From Clostridiales bacterium (GTDB taxonomy: Bacteria > Bacillota > Clostridia > TANB77 > CAG-508), in assembly GCA_019419955.1 (NCBI GenBank), contig JAHZIB010000004.1, positions 21,089 to 85,088 on the forward strand: a stretch of 64,000 bases of DNA, written 5' to 3'. Positions 27,730 through 36,875 of this stretch are shown here, one piece after another. The translations under genes were made by a program, and so were the position numbers. Position 1 is the first letter of the stretch; the number at the start of each line of letters is the position of its first letter. The notes beneath the pieces are model-generated. The model did not search any database. It saw only the letters and a list, made by a program, of their open reading frames with translations, and was not told the DNA's origin.

Positions 27730-28857
27730 ATGAAAGTTAGATATTTTGACCATGCAGCGACTACGCCTGTTAGGGAAGAGGTTATAAAAGAGATGATACC
27801 ATATTTTGGTACTGAGTATGGAAATGCATCAGCTATGTATTCTATAGGTAGAAATGCAAAAAGGGCAATAAATATTGCAAGAAGACAAGTAGCTGAGGCT
27901 ATTAATTGTGAACCTTCAGAAGTTTATTTTACTTCATGTGGGAGTGAAAGCGATAATTTAGCTATAAAAGGATATGCTTATGCAAATAGAAGTAAAGGAA
28001 ATCATATTATTACCAGCAAAATTGAGCATCATGCTGTTTTGGATAGTTGTAGAAGTCTTGAAAAAGAGGGGTACAGTGTCACCTATTTGAATGTAGATGA
28101 AAATGGATTTATAGATATTAATCAACTATTAAATTCTATTAATGATAAAACTATTTTAATTACAATAATGTTTGCAAATAATGAAATTGGAACAATAGAA
28201 CCAATTATGGAGATTGGAAAGATTGCAAAAGAAAGAAACATTGCTTTTCATACTGATGCTGTTCAGGCAATTGGAAATGCACTAATAAATGTCAAGCAAA
28301 TGAATATAGATATGCTTTCACTTTCAGGACACAAATTTTATGCTCCAAAGGGAGTTGGAGCGCTTTATATCAAAAAGGGTATTACATTGAAAAAGTTGCA
28401 AGATGGAGGAGAACAGGAAAGTAATTTGAGATCTGGTACAGAAAATGTGGCGGAAATAGTTGGCTTGGGTAAAGCTATTGAGCTTATATATAGGCAGTTT
28501 GATGAATATAATAATAAATTGAAGAAACTTAGAGATTATTATATATCAGAAGTTAGGAATAAGATTCCAAATACCAAGGTAAATGGGGATTTGGAGAAGA
28601 GACTTTCTGGAAATGCTAACATAAGCTTTGCCGGAGTCGATGATTCAGAATTACTATTTAAATTAGATGAACTAGGAATTTGTGCTTCAGCTGGTTCAGC
28701 ATGTAGTACATCTAATCCAGAACCATCACATGTGCTTACAGCCATAGGACTTAATAAGGAATTTATAAATGGAACTTTGAGGATTTCGTTTGGAAAAGAT
28801 AACAACATAGAAGATGTGGATTACCTAGTAAAAAGTTTAAGCAATATAATAAAATAA
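27730..28857 (+). CDS. Cysteine desulfurase, NifS/IscS family
   Basis: The motifs are YFDHAATTPV, SLSGHKFYAPKGVGALY (PLP Lys) and SAGSACS (active-site Cys). The start is uncertain (27664 GTG or 27730 ATG). Confidence 0.85.
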   Translation: MKVRYFDHAATTPVREEVIKEMIPYFGTEYGNASAMYSIGRNAKRAINIARRQVAEAINCEPSEVYFTSCGSESDNLAIKGYAYANRSKGNHIITSKIEHHAVLDSCRSLEKEGYSVTYLNVDENGFIDINQLLNSINDKTILITIMFANNEIGTIEPIMEIGKIAKERNIAFHTDAVQAIGNALINVKQMNIDMLSLSGHKFYAPKGVGALYIKKGITLKKLQDGGEQESNLRSGTENVAEIVGLGKAIELIYRQFDEYNNKLKKLRDYYISEVRNKIPNTKVNGDLEKRLSGNANISFAGVDDSELLFKLDELGICASAGSACSTSNPEPSHVLTAIGLNKEFINGTLRISFGKDNNIEDVDYLVKSLSNIIK

Positions 28858-29001
28858 AAAAGTGTAAAAAAAGAAGTAAATGAGAGAAAAGTAGAGTAAA
28901 GTTAATGTAAATAGATAATAACACGAAAATAAATACTAGCATATACGCTAGTATTTATTATATAATACATATAACATATGAGTTAATATAGAAAATATAA
29001 C

Positions 29002-29226
29002 TTAATTTTTGGATTTTTGTTTGTTATCAGGGATATATTCAATTAAATCAGATATTTCACAATTAAATATAGTGCAAATACGATTTAGTTGTGAAATGTC
29101 TAGCCTTTTGGATTCTTCGTAATACATTTTTGATATTGTAGCAGGTCGGATATTTGCGCTTCTAGCTAGCACGGCCTGTGTCATCTTATGCTTACCTAAT
29201 AAATCTGATAATTTTATTTTTATCAT
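29002..29226 (-). CDS. XRE-family HTH transcriptional regulator
   Basis: KLSDLLGKHKMTQAVLARSANIRPATISKMYY is a Cro/C1-type HTH. Confidence 0.8.
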   Translation of the reverse strand: MIKIKLSDLLGKHKMTQAVLARSANIRPATISKMYYEESKRLDISQLNRICTIFNCEISDLIEYIPDNKQKSKN

Positions 29227-29252
29227 ATGCCACAACCTTCCATTAAAACTCT

Positions 29253-29280
29253 ATATGACAAAAGTCGAATTTTGTCATAT
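29253..29280. promoter_or_regulatory. Candidate operator: perfect 11-bp inverted repeat
   Basis: ATATGACAAAA gtcgaa TTTTGTCATAT lies between the divergent XRE gene and the 29393 gene. Confidence 0.5.
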
Positions 29281-29392
29281 TTTATAATATACTTGTATTT
29301 TATCATGCAATGTATTAAAATTACACATACAAACTAAAATATAACGATAAGAGTAATAAAAACCATATTAGAAGTAAAGAAGGGAATATTCT

Positions 29393-29629
29393 ATGTTTAG
29401 AAAAAAGGTACATGTTATTGAAGATAATAAGGAATGGAAAGAAAATAATCAGGAGTATTTGAAAGAATTACAAAGTTTTTTTGACAAAGCAGAAAATATT
29501 TTAGACACTGAGTTAAAAAACAAAATTGTAGATCAGATGCTAAAATGCGATGAAGTATTGACAAAAATTGCGGAAAGTAGATTTAAAGAGTACTATAAAT
29601 TAGGATACAAAAATGCAAAAAGTGAATAA
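29393..29629 (+). CDS. Hypothetical protein (78 aa)
   Basis: ORF divergent from the XRE regulator. Confidence 0.5.
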   Translation: MFRKKVHVIEDNKEWKENNQEYLKELQSFFDKAENILDTELKNKIVDQMLKCDEVLTKIAESRFKEYYKLGYKNAKSE

Positions 29630-29674
29630 AAAAATTTTTTGCGTACACAATAAATGTAAGTGAGAGTGTATGCA

Positions 29675-30019
29675 ATGAAAAAATTTTTTATAGGCATTTT
29701 AGTTGGAATCATATGTGGAATGTTTGCATCAGGAGGTGGACTTTTATTAGTGCCAGTATTTACATATATACTTGGATTAGAGGAAAAAGAGGCACGAGCA
29801 ACTTCGCTTTTTTGTATTCTTCCTATGGTTGCAATTACTGCCTTAATATATAGTAAAAATAATTTTATAGATTGGGGATTAGGAATAAAATGTGCAATTG
29901 GTGGCATTATAGGAGGAATAATTGGTGGAAAATTATTAAATAAATTTTCTAACAAATTTTTAAAACTTTCTTTTATTATATTCTTATTTTATGCAGGAAT
30001 TAATATGATTGTGAGGTGA
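29675..30019 (+). CDS. TauE/SafE-family permease, N-terminal half-size protein
   Basis: GIICGMFASGGGLLLVPVF is the typical TauE N-terminus. The gene encodes four TM helices only. Confidence 0.65.
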   Translation: MKKFFIGILVGIICGMFASGGGLLLVPVFTYILGLEEKEARATSLFCILPMVAITALIYSKNNFIDWGLGIKCAIGGIIGGIIGGKLLNKFSNKFLKLSFIIFLFYAGINMIVR

Positions 30020-30021
30020 AT

Positions 30022-30411
30022 ATGAAAGAGGTTATTATAGGAGTTGTGGCTGGAGTTGTTGGTGGACTAGGAATGGGTGGAGGTACAGTTCTAATATTGC
30101 TTCTTTCTATGTTTAATAATATAGAGCAACACATTGCACAAGGTACTAATGTGGTATTTTTTATTCCTACTGCTATAGCAGCAATTGTAATTTTTATTAA
30201 AAATAGAAATATAAAATTTAAAGTAGGGATACCAATTCTGTTATGGGGAATGGCTGGTACCGTTATTGGTGCAGTTATTTCTAGCAATATGGATGTATAT
30301 GTACTTAGAAAATGCTTTGGAGTATTTTTAATAATTATTGCAATATATCAAACATATTCTGTATATAAAATGTATAGAAAAGAAAAAAATAGGAATAATA
30401 ATATAAAATGA
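30022..30411 (+). CDS. TauE/SafE-family permease, second half-size protein
   Basis: The motif is GVVGGLGMGGGTVLILLL. The SD GAGGTG overlaps the stop of the upstream half. Confidence 0.65.
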   Translation: MKEVIIGVVAGVVGGLGMGGGTVLILLLSMFNNIEQHIAQGTNVVFFIPTAIAAIVIFIKNRNIKFKVGIPILLWGMAGTVIGAVISSNMDVYVLRKCFGVFLIIIAIYQTYSVYKMYRKEKNRNNNIK

Positions 30412-30428
30412 TGAAAAGGAGGAAATAT

Positions 30429-30575
30429 ATGAATATGAAATTTGTTAAAGGAATGATTCTTGGAGGTCTTATATCAGCAGGAGTGGCAATGGCTTGCTCT
30501 GAGACTATGGGACAAGGCAAGAGGAAAATGGTAAAAATGGGAAGGCAGTTTGCAAAAAAAATGGGCATCATGTAA
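30429..30575 (+). CDS. Small membrane protein (48 aa)
   Basis: Not in the ORF track. AAGGAGG SD is upstream. The sequence is MNMKFVKGMILGGLISAGVAMACSETMGQGKRKMVKMGRQFAKKMGIM. A terminator follows. Confidence 0.55.
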   Translation: MNMKFVKGMILGGLISAGVAMACSETMGQGKRKMVKMGRQFAKKMGIM

Positions 30576-30587
30576 AGGTAGGAAAAA

Positions 30588-30626
30588 AGAAGTACAGTAT
30601 AATTAAAGTTAGACTGTACTTCTTTT
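30588..30626 (+). terminator. Rho-independent terminator
   Basis: AGAAGTACAGT ... ACTGTACTTCT followed by TTT. Confidence 0.7.
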
Positions 30627-30700
30627 AATGATGCAAAAGTAAAAAAGTTAAAATACATAAATTTATTGATAATATATGCTTTTTCTAAAGAAAGCATATT

Positions 30701-31282
30701 CTAGAAAGGTCTGCAACATGGTCTACATGGTCTTTCGGGTTTTTTATTACAGTTATCCTCTTTTTTATTGCAATCCTTGTCTTCATGACATTCTTTATCT
30801 TCTTCTTTATGGCAAGGCTCTTTGTGACAAGGGTCTTTTTGGCAATATTCATCATGGCATTCATCTTTTTCACAAGGTTCATGACAAGGTTTGCAATTTT
30901 CTTTTTTACAATCTAATTTAATACCCTTTAGGCACTTTTCGTCATGTTCTACTTTAGTACATATTTTGCAGTGTTTTACTCTATCTACCCAGATTTCTAT
31001 TTCATAGAATCTGTTTGCACAAAGAGGGCCAAATACGAACTCACCTTCGCAGTCAGTAAAAGTGTGAGATACAGGGCGTCTTTCTTCCTTTCCGCATTCA
31101 CATACAACCTCAACTAATTTTACTACAGCATTTTCAACAGGCTCTTGATAGCAATCCTTTACAATCCCATAGATAACAGTTCTATTGTCTTCTGGTAAAG
31201 TAATATCTAAGTCAAATTGCTTCCCGCTAGCTAAAACTCCGTCCACGTTTAAAACAGGACATATATTTTTTTCATATTCCAT
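30701..31282 (-). CDS. Cys/His-rich protein with an N-terminal carboxypeptidase-regulatory-like beta domain (possible spore coat or exosporium component)
   Basis: The domain reads VIYGIVKD...AVVKLVEV...TDCEGEFVFGPL. The tail is a repetitive C/H/K/E/P run (CKPCHEPCEKDECHDEYCQKDPCHKEPCHKEE...RPCRPCCRPF). Confidence 0.5.
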   Translation of the reverse strand: MEYEKNICPVLNVDGVLASGKQFDLDITLPEDNRTVIYGIVKDCYQEPVENAVVKLVEVVCECGKEERRPVSHTFTDCEGEFVFGPLCANRFYEIEIWVDRVKHCKICTKVEHDEKCLKGIKLDCKKENCKPCHEPCEKDECHDEYCQKDPCHKEPCHKEEDKECHEDKDCNKKEDNCNKKPERPCRPCCRPF

Positions 31283-31571
31283 AATTATTAATCATCCTTT
31301 CTTAAGCATTTTGCTTAATATATAATATGAGTTTTTTGAAAAAAAGTGTATTTATTGTAGAAAAAACTGTAAAAAGATAGTATAATAGTAAAGTCGTTTT
31401 TGGTAGGTTAAAATCTAGCGGACCAATGTAATTCAATTTCTTGAGAAGGTGTTTTATATTTTTTAAGAATTTGAATAAAATATCAATTGGGGATCTACTT
31501 TAGCGTATATTAATAAAACAAAATTATTGCATAAAATATAAAAAACAACATTGAGAAGGAGGATACATAGC

Positions 31572-32354
31572 ATGGATAACAGAGCGATAGGAGTTTTTGA
31601 TTCAGGAGTAGGAGGATTAACTGTACTAAAAGAGATTAAAGAGGTTCTACCGAATGAAAATTATATATATATTGGTGATACAGCAAGTTTTCCTTATGGT
31701 AGTAAGTCTAAACAAACAATTATCGAACTTAGCAAGAAAAGAATTCAATCTTTAATTAATATGGATGTAAAAATGATTGTAATAGCGTGTGGTACAGCTA
31801 CAAGTCAAGCATTAGAAGAAATGCAAAAATTATTTAATGTTCCAATAATAGGTATAATTAATCCAACAGTCGAGCATTTGAAAGAAGAGGGGAAAAATAA
31901 AATTGGTGTTATAGCAACAACAGGAACTATTAGAAGTGAAGGATGGCAAAACAAATTATTGAAAGAGATAAATGGAGCTATAGTGCAAGGAAAGGCATGT
32001 CCCTTACTTGCACCTATGGCTGAGGAAGGCTGGACTGAAAATGAGATTGCAAAATTAACAATTCATGAATATATAAAGGATATGAAAGAGTTTGAAGCAT
32101 TAATTTTAGGTTGTACACATTATCCATTGTTTAAAAAATTGATTGAGAATGAGCTTGGAGAAAATGTAGAGATAATAAATACGGGAGAAATGGTTGCAAA
32201 TGAAGTGAAAAAATATATTGGAGAAAATAATATGAAAAATACTTTAGATAAAGTGAATACTAGAATTTTCTTGACTGATTTAGAGTGCAATTTTATAAAT
32301 GTAGCAAAAAAATTATTAAAAGATGAAAATATAAAGTTAGAAAAAATAGAATAA
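31572..32354 (+). CDS. murI: Glutamate racemase
   Basis: The motifs are IGVFDSGVGGLTVL, IVIACGTAT and LGCTHYPL. AGGAGG SD is upstream. Confidence 0.9.
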   Translation: MDNRAIGVFDSGVGGLTVLKEIKEVLPNENYIYIGDTASFPYGSKSKQTIIELSKKRIQSLINMDVKMIVIACGTATSQALEEMQKLFNVPIIGIINPTVEHLKEEGKNKIGVIATTGTIRSEGWQNKLLKEINGAIVQGKACPLLAPMAEEGWTENEIAKLTIHEYIKDMKEFEALILGCTHYPLFKKLIENELGENVEIINTGEMVANEVKKYIGENNMKNTLDKVNTRIFLTDLECNFINVAKKLLKDENIKLEKIE

Positions 32355-32417
32355 ATAAAAAAATGAAAGCATATAATCTTATTAGTCTAATTTCTTTATC
32401 AGAATGAGAGGGGTTAT

Positions 32418-32624
32418 ATGTTTTTTGTTATTGATAAATCAAAAATATTATCTTATATTGTGGCTTTATGTACTGTAGTGATATTATTTGTTGCAGCAGC
32501 TAATTTGCAGAGTTTGACAGACAATACAATTGCAACATCTACTAATGTATTAAGTGAAAATAATTCTGTAAACTCATCGAATGTAATAAATATAATTAAT
32601 AAAGAGAGTAATGAAATCTTATGA
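32418..32624 (+). CDS. Small membrane-anchored hypothetical protein
   Basis: ORF with one TM helix. Confidence 0.4.
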   Translation: MFFVIDKSKILSYIVALCTVVILFVAAANLQSLTDNTIATSTNVLSENNSVNSSNVINIINKESNEIL

Positions 32625-32745
32625 ATAAAATTATAATTATAACTAATAATATAATAAAGTTGGTTTCGTAAATAAGTACATTTTAAGGAAAGTTAAATTT
32701 GTTATTCATGAAATAAGAAGAATATGAGAAAAATAGGAGAGAAAG

Positions 32746-33222
32746 ATGTTTTTTATTGGAATTATTACAAATCAAAAGAATGAGGCTTATATAAAAAGGG
32801 AGTTATTGAAAATAGGGATAGAGAAAAGTGTTATTTTTATTAATGAGAGAAATATAGCTAATATTAAGAATGTCAAGTTTGAGACATTAGTTATAGATAA
32901 TAAAGTGGAGAATAAATTAGAATTTAGAAAGATTATAGAAAGTTCAAAATATATTGTATTAAATTCAGATATTACAATGGATTTAGAATTAATGGATAAT
33001 TTGAATTTAACTGTAATAACATTTGGATTTAATAATAAAGCGACATTTACAGTATCTAGCATAGAGGAAAACAACATAATAATTTGTTTACAAAGGATTA
33101 TTTATAATAAGGATGAGGAGAAGATTGAACCTCAAGAATATAAGCTTGAAGTGCCCGAAAATGTGGAAAAACATACTGCTATTTTGATTCACATTATAAA
33201 GATTTTATACAGAAATATATAA
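32746..33222 (+). CDS. Hypothetical protein (158 aa)
   Basis: ORF with an AGGAGAG SD. Confidence 0.5.
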   Translation: MFFIGIITNQKNEAYIKRELLKIGIEKSVIFINERNIANIKNVKFETLVIDNKVENKLEFRKIIESSKYIVLNSDITMDLELMDNLNLTVITFGFNNKATFTVSSIEENNIIICLQRIIYNKDEEKIEPQEYKLEVPENVEKHTAILIHIIKILYRNI

Positions 33223-33350
33223 GAAAAAACATAAAATTTTCAAAAAAATAACATTTTATGTAGACAAAACCAAAAAAACGTAGTATAATAAGTAATATGA
33301 GAAAAAACGTTATTAAATTTATACTAGAAAAATATATTTTAAAGAAACAA

Positions 33351-34061
33351 ATGGGGGAGGAAAATCGAGTGGATACTTTGTATTTAGACAATAACCACAT
33401 TACATTAGTGGGAAAGGTAACAAGTGAAAAAAAATTTAGTCATGAAATATATGGTGAAAAATTCTATATATTTACGCTAAGTGTACCACGTTTAAGTGGG
33501 AATTCTGACAACATACCAATTACTATTTCAGAAAGACTTATAACTGAACAGGGATTACCATTGGAAGGTAAAATATCTGTAACAGGTCAATTTAGGTCAT
33601 ACAATAGCTATGAAGGTGAAAAGAACAGATTGGTTTTAACTGTATTTGCTAAAAATATTGAGTTTTTAGAGGATCAAGAATCAGATATTCCAGTAGGAAA
33701 GGATTTCATTACAAATGAAGTTGTACTAGATGGGTATATTTGTAGAAAGCCAATATACAGAAAAACACCTTTCGGTAGAGAAATTGCAGACATATTGTTA
33801 GCAGTAAACAGGTCATACAACAAATCAGATTATATTCCATGTATTGCATGGGGAAGAAATGCAAAATTCTGTGATACTGTTGCTGTAGGAACAGAAATTA
33901 GAGTAGTTGGTAGAGTACAATCAAGACGATATGAGAAAAAGCATGAAGATGGAACCATAGAAAATAGGGTTGCATATGAAGTATCAGTAGCTACTTTAGA
34001 AGTAATAAATAAAGAATCAAACGAAAACGAAATACCAGAAGCAGATAAGGAAGCTATATAG
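33351..34061 (+). CDS. SSB-like protein with two OB-fold repeats
   Basis: There are two similar modules: ITLVGKVTSEKKFSHEIYGEKFY and VVLDGYICRKPIYRKTPFGREIADILLAV...GRVQSRRYEK. The start is uncertain (33351 ATG or 33369 GTG). Confidence 0.55.
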   Translation: MGEENRVDTLYLDNNHITLVGKVTSEKKFSHEIYGEKFYIFTLSVPRLSGNSDNIPITISERLITEQGLPLEGKISVTGQFRSYNSYEGEKNRLVLTVFAKNIEFLEDQESDIPVGKDFITNEVVLDGYICRKPIYRKTPFGREIADILLAVNRSYNKSDYIPCIAWGRNAKFCDTVAVGTEIRVVGRVQSRRYEKKHEDGTIENRVAYEVSVATLEVINKESNENEIPEADKEAI

Positions 34062-34166
34062 ATTATAATACTTAAACAAAAGATGAAGCATAAAAAATTC
34101 CTAAAAAAGTTCAGGTAAAAACCTGAATTTTTTTGTAGAGAAATAACTGATAAACATTCATAAAGT

Positions 34167-34436
34167 TTATTTTTTTTCTTCAGGGACTATAATATTTTCC
34201 CTTTTTTCATTTCTTGGTTTTTCTACTTCAATATAGTCTGAAACTGGAGATATATTTAAGTCATTTCCACCATTAATGACTTCTATTTTTTTTGGTTTTT
34301 CATGTATTTCAGTTACTTCAGAATTTTCTTCCTCATCCTCTACTTCATTGTCAGGCTCGATTTCAATATCTACTAAATTTTCTAGGTCATCAGATGAAAA
34401 CGTATAAGAATTATCATTTTTATTATATGTGTACAT
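34167..34436 (-). CDS. Acidic hypothetical protein (89 aa)
   Basis: ORF only. Confidence 0.4.
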   Translation of the reverse strand: MYTYNKNDNSYTFSSDDLENLVDIEIEPDNEVEDEEENSEVTEIHEKPKKIEVINGGNDLNISPVSDYIEVEKPRNEKRENIIVPEEKK

Positions 34437-34590
34437 TATTATACCTCCAATATATTATTACAATAATTAAATTATAATTGTTACTAATGGGAAAGTCAAG
34501 ATTTATAGTTTACAATATATTAAATTGATGATAAAATAGTAAATAGTTTAAAGATTTGAAAATAGATTTGTATCTTTATAAGGTAATGAT

Positions 34591-34767
34591 ATTAGTGAGA
34601 AGGAACAAGTTTTTCACTACTTATAGCTACAATCTCTATCGCCCTCAAAATTCTAACGAATTTTGAGATGGTGGGAATTTAACCTCTAACATTTTCATGA
34701 ATTTAATAGAGGTTATTAAATAAAATCTTTGTTAGAACATAAATTCGCTTGAATGGAGGTTAAAATG
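34591..34767 (+). repeat. Family A multi-hairpin leader cassette, copy 1 (ends in the SD plus ATG of scpB)
   Basis: It is about 85% identical over roughly 175 nt to 63692-63864, including GAATGGAGGTTAAAATG. Confidence 0.8.
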
Positions 34768-35430
34768 AACGAAGAGAAAGCAGAAGGAATAATCGAAGCA
34801 ATTTTGTTTGCAGCAGGTAGGGAGGTTAAAATAAAAGAACTCATGTCGACTCTAGAGGTCAGCTCAGATGAGATTATAAGTACAGTTGCAAGAATTAGTG
34901 AAAAATATGAAAAAGATGATAGGGGACTTGAAATAATTAAGGTGGAAGACGCATATCAATTATGTACAAAAAAGAAATATTATGAATACATTTATCCAGT
35001 GTTTGATAAGAGAAGTAAACCTAATTTGTCTAATGCTGCTTTGGAGACTTTGGCTATAATTGCATATAATCCTTGCATTACTAGAGCTGAGATAGAGACG
35101 ATAAGGGGGGTTAACTCTGATGGAACAATTTATAAATTGTTGGATTATGCTCTAATTGAAGATGCAGGAAAGTTAGATGCACCTGGAAGACCTACTACAT
35201 ATAAGACTAGCAAGGAGTTTTTGAGAATGTTTGGCATCTCAAGCTTAAAAGATTTGCCAGCACTTCCAAGATATAAATTAGATGAGAATAGGCAAATTGT
35301 TATAGATGAGATTGTAGAGGACACAATTGCGGAAACTCCATGCCCCGAAAGGGAAGAAAGTGTGGAAAGTTTAGAAAAAAAGCAGGCTGAAAGTGTAATT
35401 ATTAAAGAGAATGTAGAAAACGAAAAATAA
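34765..35430 (+). CDS. scpB: Segregation and condensation protein B
   Basis: The motifs are IIEAILFAAGREV, LSNAALETLAIIAYNPCITRAEIE.IRGV and GRPTTYKTSKEFL. Confidence 0.85.
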   Translation: MNEEKAEGIIEAILFAAGREVKIKELMSTLEVSSDEIISTVARISEKYEKDDRGLEIIKVEDAYQLCTKKKYYEYIYPVFDKRSKPNLSNAALETLAIIAYNPCITRAEIETIRGVNSDGTIYKLLDYALIEDAGKLDAPGRPTTYKTSKEFLRMFGISSLKDLPALPRYKLDENRQIVIDEIVEDTIAETPCPEREESVESLEKKQAESVIIKENVENEK

Positions 35431-35516
35431 TGTTAGGATAATAAAAGTCAAGTTCGTTAAAACGGGAGAAGTAATTTATTTTTAGATGAATAAAACATGA
35501 AAGGAATGAATATATT

Positions 35517-36818
35517 ATGAAGTTATCAAATTTAGGAATAGGTACAATGAGAATAAATAAATTAGATGAAATGTACCCAGCACAAGATGTTTTAATGCAG
35601 TCTGGGCAATTAGTTCAGTATGGAACAGGTATAATGGGGTATGGTACAGTTCCATTGTTAGTAAAGAGAAATGTCGAGGAAGTTATAAGAGAGTGTTTAA
35701 ATGATGCAGGTTTAGCAGAAGTACAACTTCCAACAATTCAACCTAAAGAAATTTGGGTAAAATCTGAGAGATGGGATAAATATATAGATGAAGGTGTTAT
35801 GCTTGTTGTAGAATCAGACAAGGGAACTTTCTGTTTAGCGCCTACAGCTGAGGAGGCGGTTTTAGAGTTTGCAAGGGAAAAGCTTAAATCATATAAGCAT
35901 ATGCCAACCATTTTCTATCAGATAGGAGAAAAGTACAGAAATGAGATTAGAAATAGGGGATATTTACTTAGAGGAAAGTCATTCTTAATGATGGATGCAT
36001 ACAGCTTTGATACAGAACCAGAAGGTTTGAAGAAATCATATGATATAGTAAGAGGTGCATACCTTGAAATGGCTAAAAGGCTTGGGTTAGAGATATTACC
36101 TGTTGTTGCAGATAATGGCTCAATGGGTGGAAAAAAGAGCGAAGAAATGATGGTTATTTCTCCAATTGGAGAAGATACAATATTGTATGATGCTAAAACT
36201 AAAGTGGCTCTGAATACAGAAGTACTTGAAAAAGAAAATTATGAAGAATATTTAAAAGAAGAATATGGAATAGAAGATATATCGGAGTTTGAGGAGAAAA
36301 AGGCAATTGAGCTTGGACATATATTCCAATTAGGAACAAGATATTCTGATACAATGAATGCTAAATTTATTGACAAGGACGGAAAAGAAAAACCATATTA
36401 CATGGGTTGTTATGGAATAGGTGTTAGCAGAATGGTTGCTACAATTTATGAGATGTCATTAATAAGAAATGAGAAAGGCGAGATTGAAGGGATTTCGTTG
36501 CCATACAACATAGCTCCATTTAAAGTGCAAATAATAGCTAAGATGGATGATGCGGAAAAAGTCGAGGAAGCTAATAAATTATATCAAGAATTGAAAAAAA
36601 TAGGTATAGAGGCAATTTTAGATGACAGAGATAATATAAACTTTGGTGCTAGAATAAAGGATGCAAAGGTTTTAGGAACACCATATATTGCTATTTTCGG
36701 AGGGAAAGTTGAAAAAGGAAGTGTTGAATTAGAAGAAACTAAAACTGGAAAAAGTGAAGTGATTAAAATAGAGGAGCTTATAAAAAGAGCAGGTTCAGAG
36801 AGAGGTTTGTTTTCATAA
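35517..36818 (+). CDS. proS: Proline--tRNA ligase, bacterial-type but lacking the INS editing domain
   Basis: Motif 2 is YRNEIRNRGYLLRGKSFLMMDAYSF and motif 3 is GCYGIGVSRM. Only about 100 aa lie between them. A C-terminal anticodon-binding domain is present. Confidence 0.75.
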   Translation: MKLSNLGIGTMRINKLDEMYPAQDVLMQSGQLVQYGTGIMGYGTVPLLVKRNVEEVIRECLNDAGLAEVQLPTIQPKEIWVKSERWDKYIDEGVMLVVESDKGTFCLAPTAEEAVLEFAREKLKSYKHMPTIFYQIGEKYRNEIRNRGYLLRGKSFLMMDAYSFDTEPEGLKKSYDIVRGAYLEMAKRLGLEILPVVADNGSMGGKKSEEMMVISPIGEDTILYDAKTKVALNTEVLEKENYEEYLKEEYGIEDISEFEEKKAIELGHIFQLGTRYSDTMNAKFIDKDGKEKPYYMGCYGIGVSRMVATIYEMSLIRNEKGEIEGISLPYNIAPFKVQIIAKMDDAEKVEEANKLYQELKKIGIEAILDDRDNINFGARIKDAKVLGTPYIAIFGGKVEKGSVELEETKTGKSEVIKIEELIKRAGSERGLFS

Positions 36819-36875
36819 ACTTATGATACTGTATTAAAAAGTGAAATAATAGAGAGGATAAGAAAAGACCAAAAG

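Noticed and set aside
35431-35516. Looked for a T-box leader upstream of proS.
   Set aside because: There are only 86 nt between scpB and proS. That is too short for Stem I, the specifier and the antiterminator, and there is no T-box-like GGTGG/ACC motif.
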